Virus record (IMG/VR): IMGVR_UViG_3300035698_014689
Span: 1-64,000 of that record
Strand: one strand, 5' to 3'
Length of the DNA stretch: 64,000 nt
Origin: a virus
Positions 29,901 through 38,946 of this stretch are shown here, in pieces; within the stretch, counting starts at the first letter, position 1, and every line of letters starts with the position of its first letter. The notes beneath the pieces were generated by a model. The model was not told the DNA's origin and did no database searches. It was given only the letters and a program-made list of their open reading frames with translations. The position numbers and the translations under genes were made by a program.

Positions 29901-31121
29901 AGCCGTACCTATTATAAGAATTGAACCAACGAGCTCCTGATTCAATTTGATCCAACGAACCATCGGCTGAATGATATTATAATTCAGGAACGTAATCATC
30001 TTCTTCATACCCGAAGATTCCAAGGCTTTTCCTATCGAAGCAAACATCGCCTCCATCGTAGAGGAAAGCAGAACCATCGAACCCTCAAGAGTATCGAGGT
30101 TGTCGCTCTCTCTTTGTGCGGCTGAAGCGGCTCCATCCATAGCCCTCATTATATTATCGGCCTCTGCTGGCATAGCTTGCATCACAGCGAGAGTAGTCAA
30201 ACCCCTGACCCCGAATAAACGGGAAGCTTTCGCCATACGTGTCAAACCCGCTTCAGCAACGTTCTCCATTGCTTTCTTCAGACCAACCGCCTTAGGATCG
30301 ATGTCCTCCATCGTTTTCCCAACCGAGGCAAGACGTGCTTTTACGAGATTCAAATCCTCGGCACTTCTTGCGGGAAGGGCTACTAATTTCTCATACACTT
30401 GACGTAAACCAGTGGCGGATAGACGACCTGATCCAATAATCTTATTCACAGCTCCAAAGGTTGCGAGAAGTTCTCTTTGTGATTGATCCGTTTTTCCCAC
30501 CTGAACAGCAACCCCCGCCATCTGCTTCATAAAGAATTCAAGGTCGGGAGCCTCTACACGTGCGGCGGCTTGTAAGTCGGTTAAGTTATTAACAACACGT
30601 GAGATATTTCGTGCGCTGTATTTCGCTGTCTTATCCATACCAGCTGAAAACATCTCGATACTTGAGATTGCTATTCCAGTGGCTTGGGGAAGTTCTACTC
30701 CAAGAGCTCCAGCGAGCTGTAAAGTATAAGTATTCATTTGCAGAATGGCTTCTCTATTAGTTATCCCCGAAGAGACAATAAGACGAGTCGCCTCCCACAG
30801 CTGTTTTTGCGTCCATTTAGTCTTTAAACCAAGTTCCTCAATTGAATCACCCAGTTTATTCCAATCGCCCTGAGAGGCCCCTGCAATTGATCGTGCCTCC
30901 TGCATTTGCTGTTGAATACCAGCCCACGTGGATAAGCCCTTCTTAGCGATCAGTCCAAAGGTTCCAGCAATTGCGGCTCCCGCCATTGTGAATTGCATAC
31001 CAGCGGAACGCATTGCGGCTCCAGCGGAAGCGACCTTTGCGGATAACGCACTAAGCTGTGTAACTGCCATCGTGGTATCAGCACGAACAGTTAAAATCGC
31101 TTCTCCTAGAGACTTAGACAT
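26991..31121 (-). CDS. tape measure protein (TP901-like core)
   Basis: 1376 aa, Ala/Gly-rich helical; LGEAILTVRAD N-terminus; DNLDTLEGSM..LSS motif; follows chaperones. Confidence 0.92.
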   Translation of the reverse strand: MSKSLGEAILTVRADTTMAVTQLSALSAKVASAGAAMRSAGMQFTMAGAAIAGTFGLIAKKGLSTWAGIQQQMQEARSIAGASQGDWNKLGDSIEELGLKTKWTQKQLWEATRLIVSSGITNREAILQMNTYTLQLAGALGVELPQATGIAISSIEMFSAGMDKTAKYSARNISRVVNNLTDLQAAARVEAPDLEFFMKQMAGVAVQVGKTDQSQRELLATFGAVNKIIGSGRLSATGLRQVYEKLVALPARSAEDLNLVKARLASVGKTMEDIDPKAVGLKKAMENVAEAGLTRMAKASRLFGVRGLTTLAVMQAMPAEADNIMRAMDGAASAAQRESDNLDTLEGSMVLLSSTMEAMFASIGKALESSGMKKMITFLNYNIIQPMVRWIKLNQELVGSILIIGTAVGTALAGIGGSLILVSFLLTAVAGAISFVGGILAAVGSVSLASLAPIIAVVVAIGAAFAVFATVIIKSHKAILGFMKQMELMNGIKSMIGGVIGIFKALAAGVVSVADTIIATLKKMFATDTGKEFLLRIQQLWKIVVSVVQGGIAMVIGLIGGLVDVIKTGIEIVWSAIGPIVMRIFNTIVKTIAEVQQMFGELDFSGLTSGMSVVEEGFRAFASVLSVVWGVIEFGVEAATGYFKNFWQALLSFWGPIKNSFNSLGQALGEFFSSLGELLGFAGGEFGSFGDSIKGVMGWMGTVVGKSLGMVIGLLLSLIEVLIKVMTYFVKFGAVLVSVFNSPVVQTAIKVMTGGIEYIYDLLGKVSGQAKNTLKQFQALFSMNVGGMGTAQLDAQIQRLNDIKKARGWLTDEEQKALILTKRQLGDLKNQESVRAKLVGLSADERIAEKGKLDAIASGTEGLSFQQQTKLDMLNEYYDADVEQAQASADQKNQQQIDLHQQKMNDNAAEFKDSVQKTHDLMTTILSLREQIASEVVRLQDNAHKKATQDILSEANKKISANERVATQSHRKRLSIEKKMQAIQRRMFEEGQKKRPKDGRGEATQDRKIAKYKSDLRDLDAERRKMWSDEKKARKAIPDAKKAAVAAEKELARLAEVARTKKLNDLKAQLAGAEKAHQLEMKRQDDLKASMKELAKATNDLIDGAKKKLTGDDKTEADSTLSKPTALPDAEDAPAKKLSKEDAKEFEDLSQKEDMTEKEMARWDELAAKSDEIKAKVEVQKEETQVDMEGIKTASAETEIGVQETVVKIQEVVMSQVPKMTEAGISMMNALLTGLQTGWGAVEAFVTQAMARIEALMLKATELKSSVDSASKEKKRSKAIGGFIDKTQDYLLHAGEYVLPQSPSSQLSKLLGAGSSPVDRLASSNVGGIGGHGSQGVRNLNDNRKLDMNVNNNVDVEELKRVIQNEFEKKAFNGGI

Positions 31122-31473
31122 TTTCCTCTCCTTTTACATCAAAACCGAGTGTACCCATTTGAGAAGCAGTATGGGGCTCAACCTCAGATTCTCCATCCCC
31201 GTTCATCATGCCCACGTATCTATCAAACTCATTCTTATCTGCATGATACGCCATCCTGACTGACTGAGACAGAGCTAAAAGAAAACGTCCTTCCTTCTTC
31301 TGAGATTCCCGAATCAAGATTCGAAATTGACCTAATGTAAGTCTCCATACATGCTCCAACCTATAACTGGGACAGTCGTGTAAGACAGTAAAAATTTGTT
31401 CCGAGATAGTGACTTGAACTTGAGCCTCATCCGACAGCTCGTCTAGTTCGTCATCAGCATCTCCTTCAGATCG
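31114..31473 (-). CDS. tail assembly chaperone, -1 frameshifted extension (gpGT-like)
   Basis: -1 frame is open from the slippery site through ...EHVWRLTLGQF... Confidence 0.8.
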   Translation of the reverse strand, partial: RSEGDADDELDELSDEAQVQVTISEQIFTVLHDCPSYRLEHVWRLTLGQFRILIRESQKKEGRFLLALSQSVRMAYHADKNEFDRYVGMMNGDGESEVEPHTASQMGTLGFDVKGEENV

Positions 31474-31832
31474 AAAAAAACGTTCTTCAATTCCATGATG
31501 TCATTGACCTGTAAAAAGGCTTTGATAACCTTCATAACATCAACGATTGAGAACTGATCATAAAACGTCACTTCCTTATCTGTGACCTGAGCGAGAATCC
31601 TTTTGAAAGTCGGGATCATTACAGGACTCGAAAATAGTGCGATAATCGTCGCTGAATCATTTCCTTTCAAAGACTTGTCATCGACGGCTCCGAAAATCGT
31701 TATGAATTCCGAAATCAGAATCTGAATATCCTCAAGAACCAACTCTCTAACAGAAATCTCGCCACGAGCGGTTGTAACCTCTTTTTTACTAGCGAACAGG
31801 CTGTCCTGCTTCTTTGCTTTTTTCAGTGTCAT
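31443..31832 (-). CDS. tail assembly chaperone (gpG-like)
   Basis: Between tube and tape measure genes; ends ..KNVFFDLKEMLMTN over a slippery site. Confidence 0.8.
   Translation of the reverse strand: MTLKKAKKQDSLFASKKEVTTARGEISVRELVLEDIQILISEFITIFGAVDDKSLKGNDSATIIALFSSPVMIPTFKRILAQVTDKEVTFYDQFSIVDVMKVIKAFLQVNDIMELKNVFFDLKEMLMTN
31473..31479 (-). other. programmed -1 ribosomal frameshift heptamer T TTT TTC
   Basis: X XXY YYZ in the correct frame, with an open -1 frame downstream. Confidence 0.8.
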
Positions 31833-31850
31833 AATCTGATATTCCTTTGC

Positions 31851-32120
31851 TTACTTTTTTTGACGAAGAGCTTCATGCAGAATGTTCCGAACATCCACGC
31901 CTGCTCTTGCGAAATCTTTCGGTTCTACGAGTGAGTTTCGATTGTAATAATCCTTACGGATCAGACTGATCTCCTCAGGCTTCAGCTTCGAGGAGAAAAC
32001 AAAGAAAATTGTCACCCCACGAGTTCCTCTTTCCCTTGTCTCCACTTTCTCGAAATCGATCGCTTCCTGAACCCACAGGAAGGATGCCTCTTCAACGTCT
32101 TTCGTTTCTATCCGTACCAT
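31851..32120 (-). CDS. DUF5659-like small protein
   Basis: ETKDVEEASFL...IFFVF...YYN..LVEPKDF pattern. Confidence 0.6.
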   Translation of the reverse strand: MVRIETKDVEEASFLWVQEAIDFEKVETRERGTRGVTIFFVFSSKLKPEEISLIRKDYYNRNSLVEPKDFARAGVDVRNILHEALRQKK

Positions 32121-32167
32121 ACCTTACTCCTAACTTTTAGGAAATTAAACCATACTCATACCAGCTA

Positions 32168-32635
32168 TTAAGCGGCAGGAGTACTGACGAGTGTTCCAAA
32201 CTGACCAACAGAGTTCTTCAGGCATTCGAATTCGACTTCGAGTGCAACCTCCGCCTCACGACTCCACATGACTTCGGAGTTTCCGATAGAGACGGCTCTA
32301 TCAAAAGCGAAAGTGAGCGTTGCACCAGCAGGGCCCGGCCCCACTACCCCGACAGTGTGCTCATTGACCACATTTCCCCACCCCGCTCCTAAAGAGCCAA
32401 GAGGCAAATCCCACGACATATAAAGGTTCGCAAGCGAGGCCTCCAACAGCGTGGTCTTAACCAACATTTTTTCCATTGTCTTCGACTTCTTGATCAAACC
32501 CACAAGCTGATCGCAAGCCACGTCCAAATACTCACGTTCACTGCGAACGGAAATTCCATCTTTGGTGAAACCGATGTCTACGCTATCAACTGTGATGACA
32601 GCAGGCCCAACTACCACATTAGCTGTGTTACCCAT
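32168..32635 (-). CDS. major tail tube protein
   Basis: NVVVGPA...DIGFTKDGI...TTLLEASLANL; position. Confidence 0.8.
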   Translation of the reverse strand: MGNTANVVVGPAVITVDSVDIGFTKDGISVRSEREYLDVACDQLVGLIKKSKTMEKMLVKTTLLEASLANLYMSWDLPLGSLGAGWGNVVNEHTVGVVGPGPAGATLTFAFDRAVSIGNSEVMWSREAEVALEVEFECLKNSVGQFGTLVSTPAA

Positions 32636-32646
32636 GATGCTACTCC

Positions 32647-33084
32647 TTATTTATACGACCACTTAACGGTGACGATCATCCTACATTCCCACTTGTCTAG
32701 CTCATCATTGCGTACTATTTTGCCTACTTCGTCAATCTCTGACCACCTACAATACACCTGTGCGTTTGAAAAGTCAAGGAAAGCTTTGCTTTCATTTGCA
32801 TTTTCGAACAAAGACTCAATCTGCCTGACCACATCCGCACAGTCTACTTGTGTACCTGAATGACAGAGAAAAAAGTATAGATCAGTCTCTCTCAATTTAT
32901 TTGTATCCGAACCTCCTGTTTTAATAGTATAATTCTCTTCAAAGAATAAGCCCGTTTTATAAGGGGCGGTCTGCGAATCAGAACGTGTTATATTTATCTT
33001 ACTTGTCGAATTATAACCAAGGAGAGTCGTCAACGTGGAATCCGCCACGAGCTTATCAGATATTGCTTTCCAAAAGTACTTCAT
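32647..33084 (-). CDS. tail terminator/completion protein
   Basis: AISDKLVADSTLTTLLG N-terminus; position before tube gene. Confidence 0.7.
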   Translation of the reverse strand: MKYFWKAISDKLVADSTLTTLLGYNSTSKINITRSDSQTAPYKTGLFFEENYTIKTGGSDTNKLRETDLYFFLCHSGTQVDCADVVRQIESLFENANESKAFLDFSNAQVYCRWSEIDEVGKIVRNDELDKWECRMIVTVKWSYK

Positions 33085-33086
33085 AA

Positions 33087-33578
33087 TTATGTTCCTAATC
33101 TAACCCTCATACGCAAAACAAAGTCATCGGCAAGACGGCCCTCCTCTGTATTAAACGCTTTCATTAAATATGGACGAGCCTCCACACCTTTCTTCTCTAT
33201 TGATTGAAAAATTCTGAAGGCGGTCAACCCTACGTGTTTCGGCTGTAACTTCCGTGCAACCCACGCTCTCAACTTAGCCAAGTCAGGAGAGTGAGGCCCA
33301 CGTCCCTGCTCAACATCCAAACCGTAATCAACTCCAATCGAGCCCACATCAATCGCGGCGCTAAACACGGATGCAGAAAAACCAATACGTGTGCGGATAT
33401 TTCTGAATAAGTTGCCTGAGTCCACAGACTTGTTCTCTCTTATGTTTCGTCTTATCTGAGGAACGAGAACAGCTTGAACAGACGTATTGAGAATCGGTGC
33501 AACAGCGGGAGCTCCCAAAGCTGTGACTAAGGACTTTATATGAACCTTGGACGTATCAAATTTTACTGACATTATCAT
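33087..33578 (-). CDS. HK97 gp10-like neck/tail-completion protein
   Basis: VDSGNLFRNI, YGLDVEQG, GVEARPYLMKAF motifs. Confidence 0.8.
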   Translation of the reverse strand: MIMSVKFDTSKVHIKSLVTALGAPAVAPILNTSVQAVLVPQIRRNIRENKSVDSGNLFRNIRTRIGFSASVFSAAIDVGSIGVDYGLDVEQGRGPHSPDLAKLRAWVARKLQPKHVGLTAFRIFQSIEKKGVEARPYLMKAFNTEEGRLADDFVLRMRVRLGT

Positions 33579-33925
33579 ATCTGCTCCACATGAAGGGTAA
33601 CGTGATGATACTCACCACTGGCATCCCTCTGCCTCTGTGCAAAGAGAACATCATATTTAAACGTGCCGTCATCCACCTTATACACTCTACCTCGTACGAA
33701 CTTATCCGTATTCGTCGTTATAACTTGCCACATCTTCTCCGAATCTTTCCCAGCATAAGTTGTGAGCAGTTCGGCTTTCATTTTCGTAAAGCGACACAGA
33801 AGCGTCTCTTGAACGGTGCTTTCCGTAGGTATGACAGTACCGAAGCTGGAGTCAGCCTTTCCAATCTCAATCACATCTATCGTATCTGTTAGGCCACTGG
33901 TAAACATTTTTTGTACCTCGCGCAT
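33575..33925 (-). CDS. head closure/head-tail joining protein
   Basis: Small beta-rich protein ending HHVTLHVE; position. Confidence 0.65.
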   Translation of the reverse strand: MREVQKMFTSGLTDTIDVIEIGKADSSFGTVIPTESTVQETLLCRFTKMKAELLTTYAGKDSEKMWQVITTNTDKFVRGRVYKVDDGTFKYDVLFAQRQRDASGEYHHVTLHVEQI

Positions 33926-34335
33926 TCCTCCGATCCTTCAACAAAAGAATCCCACCCGTCATCCGTCTCAGTTCCAATATAATACTTGTTCGTTCTCAGG
34001 TATCTCAACGTCCGCATAAATTCGTTATTGCTTTGATAGCGCACTATCTGATTCATATTAAAAAGCAAGTGCAAATTAGCTATGTGATATTCCCTTTTCG
34101 TTTTCTCGAAAAAGAAGCTTATATCATGTGGCAAAGAAGCCAGTGTGACATCTACACCGTAAACAGTCTTAGGTATATAATCATTCCACCAATCCCCCGT
34201 GGCTCCGATACCATTCCAAATCTCATACAATTCGTCGTTCGTTACGTGCATGAAGTACTCAGGCAAAAGAAAGTCATACCTCTGACAGGCTAATTTCAAA
34301 TCATACTCATGTCTATTATCATATCTGAAATTCAT
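33889..34335 (-). CDS. phospholipase A2-like/DUF1353-related protein
   Basis: WNGIGA...IPKTVYGVDV..ASLPHDISF......AN..L..NM; HD dyad; AGGTGAGGGGG RBS before MNFRY. Confidence 0.55.
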   Translation of the reverse strand: MNFRYDNRHEYDLKLACQRYDFLLPEYFMHVTNDELYEIWNGIGATGDWWNDYIPKTVYGVDVTLASLPHDISFFFEKTKREYHIANLHLLFNMNQIVRYQSNNEFMRTLRYLRTNKYYIGTETDDGWDSFVEGSEECARYKKCLPVA

Positions 34336-34383
34336 TGAGTCCCCCTCACCTAAGTAAAAACACCTACGAACGTACGAGCGGAA

Positions 34384-34399
34384 GTGCAATCATGTGCAC
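34384..34399. promoter_or_regulatory. 16-bp palindrome GTGCA-N6-TGCAC
   Basis: GTGCAATCATGTGCAC, intergenic upstream of the PLA2-like gene. Confidence 0.75.
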
Positions 34400-34406
34400 G
34401 CCACAC

Positions 34407-34823
34407 CTATTCAGGAACGAGCTTTTTCGGAAAAGGTTCACGCATCTTCGAGCCCGCACAGACCATCTTGACAAACTCAGCTATTATCTTAACTGATTCT
34501 GCTGGTGACTCATTCGATCCTGCAATATATACTATGCAGACATTTCCAGCACTGAGATCACTAGAAAACATTCCCCACATTGACTTCCTTCTTGAGTAAG
34601 CGAACATGGCGGGAAATTTCTCCTCCTCCTTATACGGACGCTGAAACAGCAGAGCATTAGCACCCCCACCAGCGACAACCTCGGGAATAAATTTATCTGT
34701 GAGCGTCACCTTAAAAGCATCCGATGAACCAGCGGCTCCCCACGATTTCTGACCAATTGAACAGCCAGTCAAAAAAATCAAAGCCACACTGAATAGAAGC
34801 ATGAATAAAAATCTCATAAACAC
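34407..34823 (-). CDS. lipoprotein (possible spanin-like lysis accessory)
   Basis: Hydrophobic signal peptide with lipobox LTGC. Confidence 0.65.
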   Translation of the reverse strand: MFMRFLFMLLFSVALIFLTGCSIGQKSWGAAGSSDAFKVTLTDKFIPEVVAGGGANALLFQRPYKEEEKFPAMFAYSRRKSMWGMFSSDLSAGNVCIVYIAGSNESPAESVKIIAEFVKMVCAGSKMREPFPKKLVPE

Positions 34824-34845
34824 TCCTTCTTTATTTACTTACTAT

Positions 34846-34932
34846 TTAGCGAGGGGGAGGACAACCACCACGTCCTCTACCCGTTCCTCTTCCACCACCG
34901 CCTCTTGGCCCCGTCCCATCTCTGTTCGGCAT
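34846..34932 (-). CDS. DUF5320-like Gly/Arg-rich micro-protein (28 aa, not in ORF track)
   Basis: MPNRDGTGPRGGGGRGTGRGRGGCPPPR with AAGGAG RBS; resembles MPxxDGTGP..G..TGRG.G.C. Confidence 0.65.
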   Translation of the reverse strand: MPNRDGTGPRGGGGRGTGRGRGGCPPPR

Positions 34933-34947
34933 CTCACACACTCCTTT

Positions 34948-35208
34948 TCACGCACAACCGTGATGTCTATCTATCATATCTCTTATCAACGGAACACACT
35001 GCTCTTTATGCTGGGCGACTTTTAAGTCGAACGTATTATGGAGCTCTTGATCAGTCCTAACGTTCGTCAACTTCGACTTGATTTCCTCTATATCATCCTT
35101 GAGAGGTGTTATCATAAGTTTCACGATGAAAAACGTAGCACCCGAAATCGCTGAGACCAGCATAATTCCAAATGCACCGGCACTGAAAAACAGACTCCAA
35201 TCCATCAC
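34948..35208 (-). CDS. single-TM membrane protein, holin-like
   Basis: N-terminal hydrophobic helix then charged coiled coil; AAGGAGG RBS. Confidence 0.5.
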   Translation of the reverse strand: MMDWSLFFSAGAFGIMLVSAISGATFFIVKLMITPLKDDIEEIKSKLTNVRTDQELHNTFDLKVAQHKEQCVPLIRDMIDRHHGCA

Positions 35209-35217
35209 GCCCTCCTT

Positions 35218-35565
35218 TTACTCAAAGTCACTCATTGACAACTGATTTCTCCAATAACCAACAGAGGTTATCGCTATCTTGACTCCTGACGCTACGAGAG
35301 CATCAAAATACTGAAGCGGATCATCCATTTCAGGTGTGATGGATTTCGCCGCTGTGATTAACGGCGCGAGTTCATCTAAAGTATACACCTTGTCTGAACC
35401 ATTACCACCAAGCAAATCACATTCTTCTCCAGTAATCGCATAAGCATCAACAACTATCCGCATACCCTCCTGAGAACGGTGATACCAAAAATGGAATTCA
35501 AGTCGATTCTTGTCATCGGTTTGCAGACTTGTTGGAACCTCTTTCGTCGTTCTGAATTTCAACAT
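35218..35565 (-). CDS. hypothetical protein
   Basis: ORF with AAGGAG RBS. Confidence 0.6.
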   Translation of the reverse strand: MLKFRTTKEVPTSLQTDDKNRLEFHFWYHRSQEGMRIVVDAYAITGEECDLLGGNGSDKVYTLDELAPLITAAKSITPEMDDPLQYFDALVASGVKIAITSVGYWRNQLSMSDFE

Positions 35566-35566
35566 A

Positions 35567-36034
35567 TCAAACTCCTTTTATTTTACGTTTCACCGCATCT
35601 ACATCCATATCTACAGCTTCGACTGCGGCTACGGTAAGCGGATGTTCCATGTCCAAATCTGTAGTAGCTACCCAGCGTTCAGCGAATTTAGCATCTTGCA
35701 TTAAGACGTCAAATTTAGCACGTTCCACAGGAAGCTCATCAAGTGCTTCAAGAATATCTAACTTGGATAACTTGATCATAGCGTCAAGTTTTTGCTGTAT
35801 GGTCAAATGTGAGCCAGCTACTTCATCTATGACCCACTGAATAGATTCAGGATTACGAAATCCCTGTCCTTCATATACCACAAATGGAAAAGCTGTAGGA
35901 ATAGGCTGATTAGACAATCTATACTGCAATTGTGCATTAGTATCACCATACCAATCAATTACAAGATTACCTTGACTGAACTGCTCAACAAAATCTCTGC
36001 TTACTGCGTCATATTTATTATGTAAAATTATCAT
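35567..36034 (-). CDS. hypothetical protein, possible fibre assembly chaperone
   Basis: Overlaps the end of the fibre-like gene. Confidence 0.55.
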   Translation of the reverse strand: MIILHNKYDAVSRDFVEQFSQGNLVIDWYGDTNAQLQYRLSNQPIPTAFPFVVYEGQGFRNPESIQWVIDEVAGSHLTIQQKLDAMIKLSKLDILEALDELPVERAKFDVLMQDAKFAERWVATTDLDMEHPLTVAAVEAVDMDVDAVKRKIKGV

Positions 36035-38517
36035 AATTGTATATCCTGTATTGAACCTGCACCACCATCACCACCATCATGACTAGAAACAGATATTCCT
36101 GCTTCCCCACCATCTACATTCATAGTATTTTCATTCTTACCTTTATGAGCAACAACGACAGAACCACCACCACTTGCTCCACCTGTGCATTGAACCCAAC
36201 CTGTAAAACCAGATGAATTACTACCTTTACTTGTTATAGTTCCATCACCTAAAATATCACTAGCACAGCATATAATAAGTAGTCCGCCAACTCCCCAACC
36301 GCCTCTAGTTGTAAGACTCCTGGACGGTGCATAATTACGTGATGGATTACCTACACCAGGAGATGGTCCTGTCTCACTGTTTCCTCCACCTATACCCCCA
36401 TATGGTTCAGGTGGCGAAGAAACCCACCCCTGATTACCAGAACTAGAAGGCCCACCTGCAAAACAAGTACCTGCTATACCATCAAATAAATAAATGTTAT
36501 TACCATAACCCCACCCACCGCAACCACCGCCCCCAGTCTGACCAGTCATTCCTGCTACACCATCAACACCAGCCCCAATAGCTATTTGCTTAGTAGCACC
36601 TACGCCACCAATCCTAGGAATTGTCACAAGTTGACCATTACCACGTAAAGCAGGAAACAATCCTTGTATTAATTTCATCGCATTACCGCATCCGTCAAAT
36701 ACAGCAGATTCCTGTACGTCAGTACCTACAACATTACGGAATGTAAATTGAATGCCATCTATGTCAACTGAATTTCCATCTGTAGGAGCTACAGGAGTTT
36801 CAATAGTATACAGGGTTGTGCTATTGCCAAAAAGCAAAAGTTGTGAAATAGCAAGTCGAGTCCCGTCATCTGCAACTATCTTCACCCTATAATACCGATA
36901 TTCCCAATATGTACTCGCTGTAAATGTTTTTGTCAAACTATTACTAGCATCAACAAAAGTCTGTTCACTTAGGTCATTCATATCAGTTAAAAAATTATCA
37001 TCAGAACCTTGAAGCGTTATAGTAATATTATAATACCCAACATATCCATAACCATGACCAGATGGGCCGACAGTCTGTGCTTTATATATCTTTTTAGAAA
37101 CACCGAAATCTACTCCAACATACATAGTAGCGTAGGGTTGTATATAAGTGCAAGAAGAGCCTGTTTTTACCAATGTGCCGTCAAAAGCGTTAGACAATGC
37201 GGATGTTGAAGTACCAATTAATGTATAACCATCAGTAGCAACATCTATCCAGCCACCTTTTTCAGGGCTAACAGGATTAGCATGACAACCACGTGAGGTC
37301 ATAGTAATATCACCATGATTAACCAATCCTGTTTTAGTATTAATGCCAATGGTCAGCCCACGACACCTATCAGACGTTGTGTATAAATGACCTTCAGGAA
37401 TTGTAACAGTAGAGAATTGTTTAACTACCATATCACCATCTTCAACACTGCTCGCAAGTACACCCTCAAAAAACTCGATTTCAGATATAATAAAATAATT
37501 AGGATTAACTGTCCCACTCATACGAATTGCATGATAAAGATAAGAATCTGACGAATCAGCACAAATTTCTACAATATCATCAAGAGTATAATCCGATTTA
37601 ATAGTCTGACTGCCTAAATCTGTCCAGTCAGTACCATTATTTGAGCTCATTAATGTCAGTGTTAGCACCCCTGTATATAAAGCAGGATAGGAAAATCCAT
37701 AATCAGTAGAAGCATAACAAAGAACTCTCGATACAATCTTGGCATCCTGCCATTGTTTGCCTACATAAAAATCATTAGGACCATAACATGATGCTGTTGA
37801 TGTTGCTGTAGTACTTCCATTAAAAGCATTTAATTCTCTAGCTGTTGCTGTATCTATAACACTACCAACATAAGGAGGTAATTGCTGAACACCTACAGCA
37901 TTTTCAACGGGTTCATAAAACTCCATCTCAACAATTTGCATTTGTCCTGCCACATCAACTACAAGCCTGACTCTATGATAAAGATAAGGTGTAATTGAAG
38001 AAGAATTAATTTCACAGCAGGTAATGCGAGCAAACGTGTAATCAGTATACGATTGAGAACCTAAAGAAACTTCTTCTCCTGCCCATGCACCAGTATCACT
38101 CCCCTCTAAATAAAACGTCATCGAAGAATTTATACTATATTGAAATCCTCGGTCACTTGCGCCAAACAAAATAGCCCTGCTAATGACTCTTTTAGTAGCC
38201 CACGCTTTCCCTAAATAACAAGTAAGACCTGACGTTGTATAAGATGTCAGCCCTCTAGTAGCGGTTCCAACATACACTCCATTCCACGCAAGATAAGCGT
38301 CTATCATAGTTGCATTTGATATAACTGTACCATCAGATGCCGAAATAAATTGATTAAGAGTCTGTCTATCTCCATCGTCAGAACCATCACCATACCAGTT
38401 TCTACCTTCAGGAGGGCGTCTACGCATCTTATATTCCCAAGCATTATTAGACCGTTTCCATTCATCGGAAACAGTCTCCTTCTTAGGAATAATTATAGCA
38501 TGTGATTCATTAGACAT
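36031..38517 (-). CDS. Gly-rich fibre/appendage protein with three discoidin (F5/8 type C)-like repeats
   Basis: Three Y(L/V)G..(W/F)...L.GS...L.(S/E)Q...Y.Y.R repeats; GGASGGGSV Gly-rich C-terminus; AT-richer than flanks. Confidence 0.7.
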   Translation of the reverse strand: MSNESHAIIIPKKETVSDEWKRSNNAWEYKMRRRPPEGRNWYGDGSDDGDRQTLNQFISASDGTVISNATMIDAYLAWNGVYVGTATRGLTSYTTSGLTCYLGKAWATKRVISRAILFGASDRGFQYSINSSMTFYLEGSDTGAWAGEEVSLGSQSYTDYTFARITCCEINSSSITPYLYHRVRLVVDVAGQMQIVEMEFYEPVENAVGVQQLPPYVGSVIDTATARELNAFNGSTTATSTASCYGPNDFYVGKQWQDAKIVSRVLCYASTDYGFSYPALYTGVLTLTLMSSNNGTDWTDLGSQTIKSDYTLDDIVEICADSSDSYLYHAIRMSGTVNPNYFIISEIEFFEGVLASSVEDGDMVVKQFSTVTIPEGHLYTTSDRCRGLTIGINTKTGLVNHGDITMTSRGCHANPVSPEKGGWIDVATDGYTLIGTSTSALSNAFDGTLVKTGSSCTYIQPYATMYVGVDFGVSKKIYKAQTVGPSGHGYGYVGYYNITITLQGSDDNFLTDMNDLSEQTFVDASNSLTKTFTASTYWEYRYYRVKIVADDGTRLAISQLLLFGNSTTLYTIETPVAPTDGNSVDIDGIQFTFRNVVGTDVQESAVFDGCGNAMKLIQGLFPALRGNGQLVTIPRIGGVGATKQIAIGAGVDGVAGMTGQTGGGGCGGWGYGNNIYLFDGIAGTCFAGGPSSSGNQGWVSSPPEPYGGIGGGNSETGPSPGVGNPSRNYAPSRSLTTRGGWGVGGLLIICCASDILGDGTITSKGSNSSGFTGWVQCTGGASGGGSVVVAHKGKNENTMNVDGGEAGISVSSHDGGDGGAGSIQDIQL

Positions 38518-38518
38518 C

Positions 38519-38944
38519 TTAGAGATTTCCTCCAATAGCCGTAAGTGTTACAGTCTTTGCGGCTGTGACGGTTGCGACAGCCCCAACTTGTATCTCTTCG
38601 CCTACGCCAAGAAGGATCGCACCATCATCACGCTTGTTAAGAAAAGGAAGGTCTACTACATTAAGCAGAGAAACTGCTGGTACAACTCCATCAGTCCCTG
38701 ACAGTGTAGGAACATTTACCGAACCTATCAGCCAAGCTGTCGCTCCATCATAAAAATACACCTGCAGGATAACCGCGGCAGTGTCGTCGGATACCGCAAC
38801 GATGTCTTGAATAATTGTACCATCCGTTGCTCCTTCCACTACTGATTTCAAATCGGTAGTGTCAGCGGGTACTATTGTATTTCCTACTTGCGTATTGTCC
38901 GCGACTGTTAAAGCACTCGTTATAAATTGCGGTGTTGCTGACAT
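38519..38944 (-). CDS. putative structural protein
   Basis: Val/Thr/Ala-rich beta protein in the head-neck module. Confidence 0.6.
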   Translation of the reverse strand: MSATPQFITSALTVADNTQVGNTIVPADTTDLKSVVEGATDGTIIQDIVAVSDDTAAVILQVYFYDGATAWLIGSVNVPTLSGTDGVVPAVSLLNVVDLPFLNKRDDGAILLGVGEEIQVGAVATVTAAKTVTLTAIGGNL

Positions 38945-38946
38945 GA

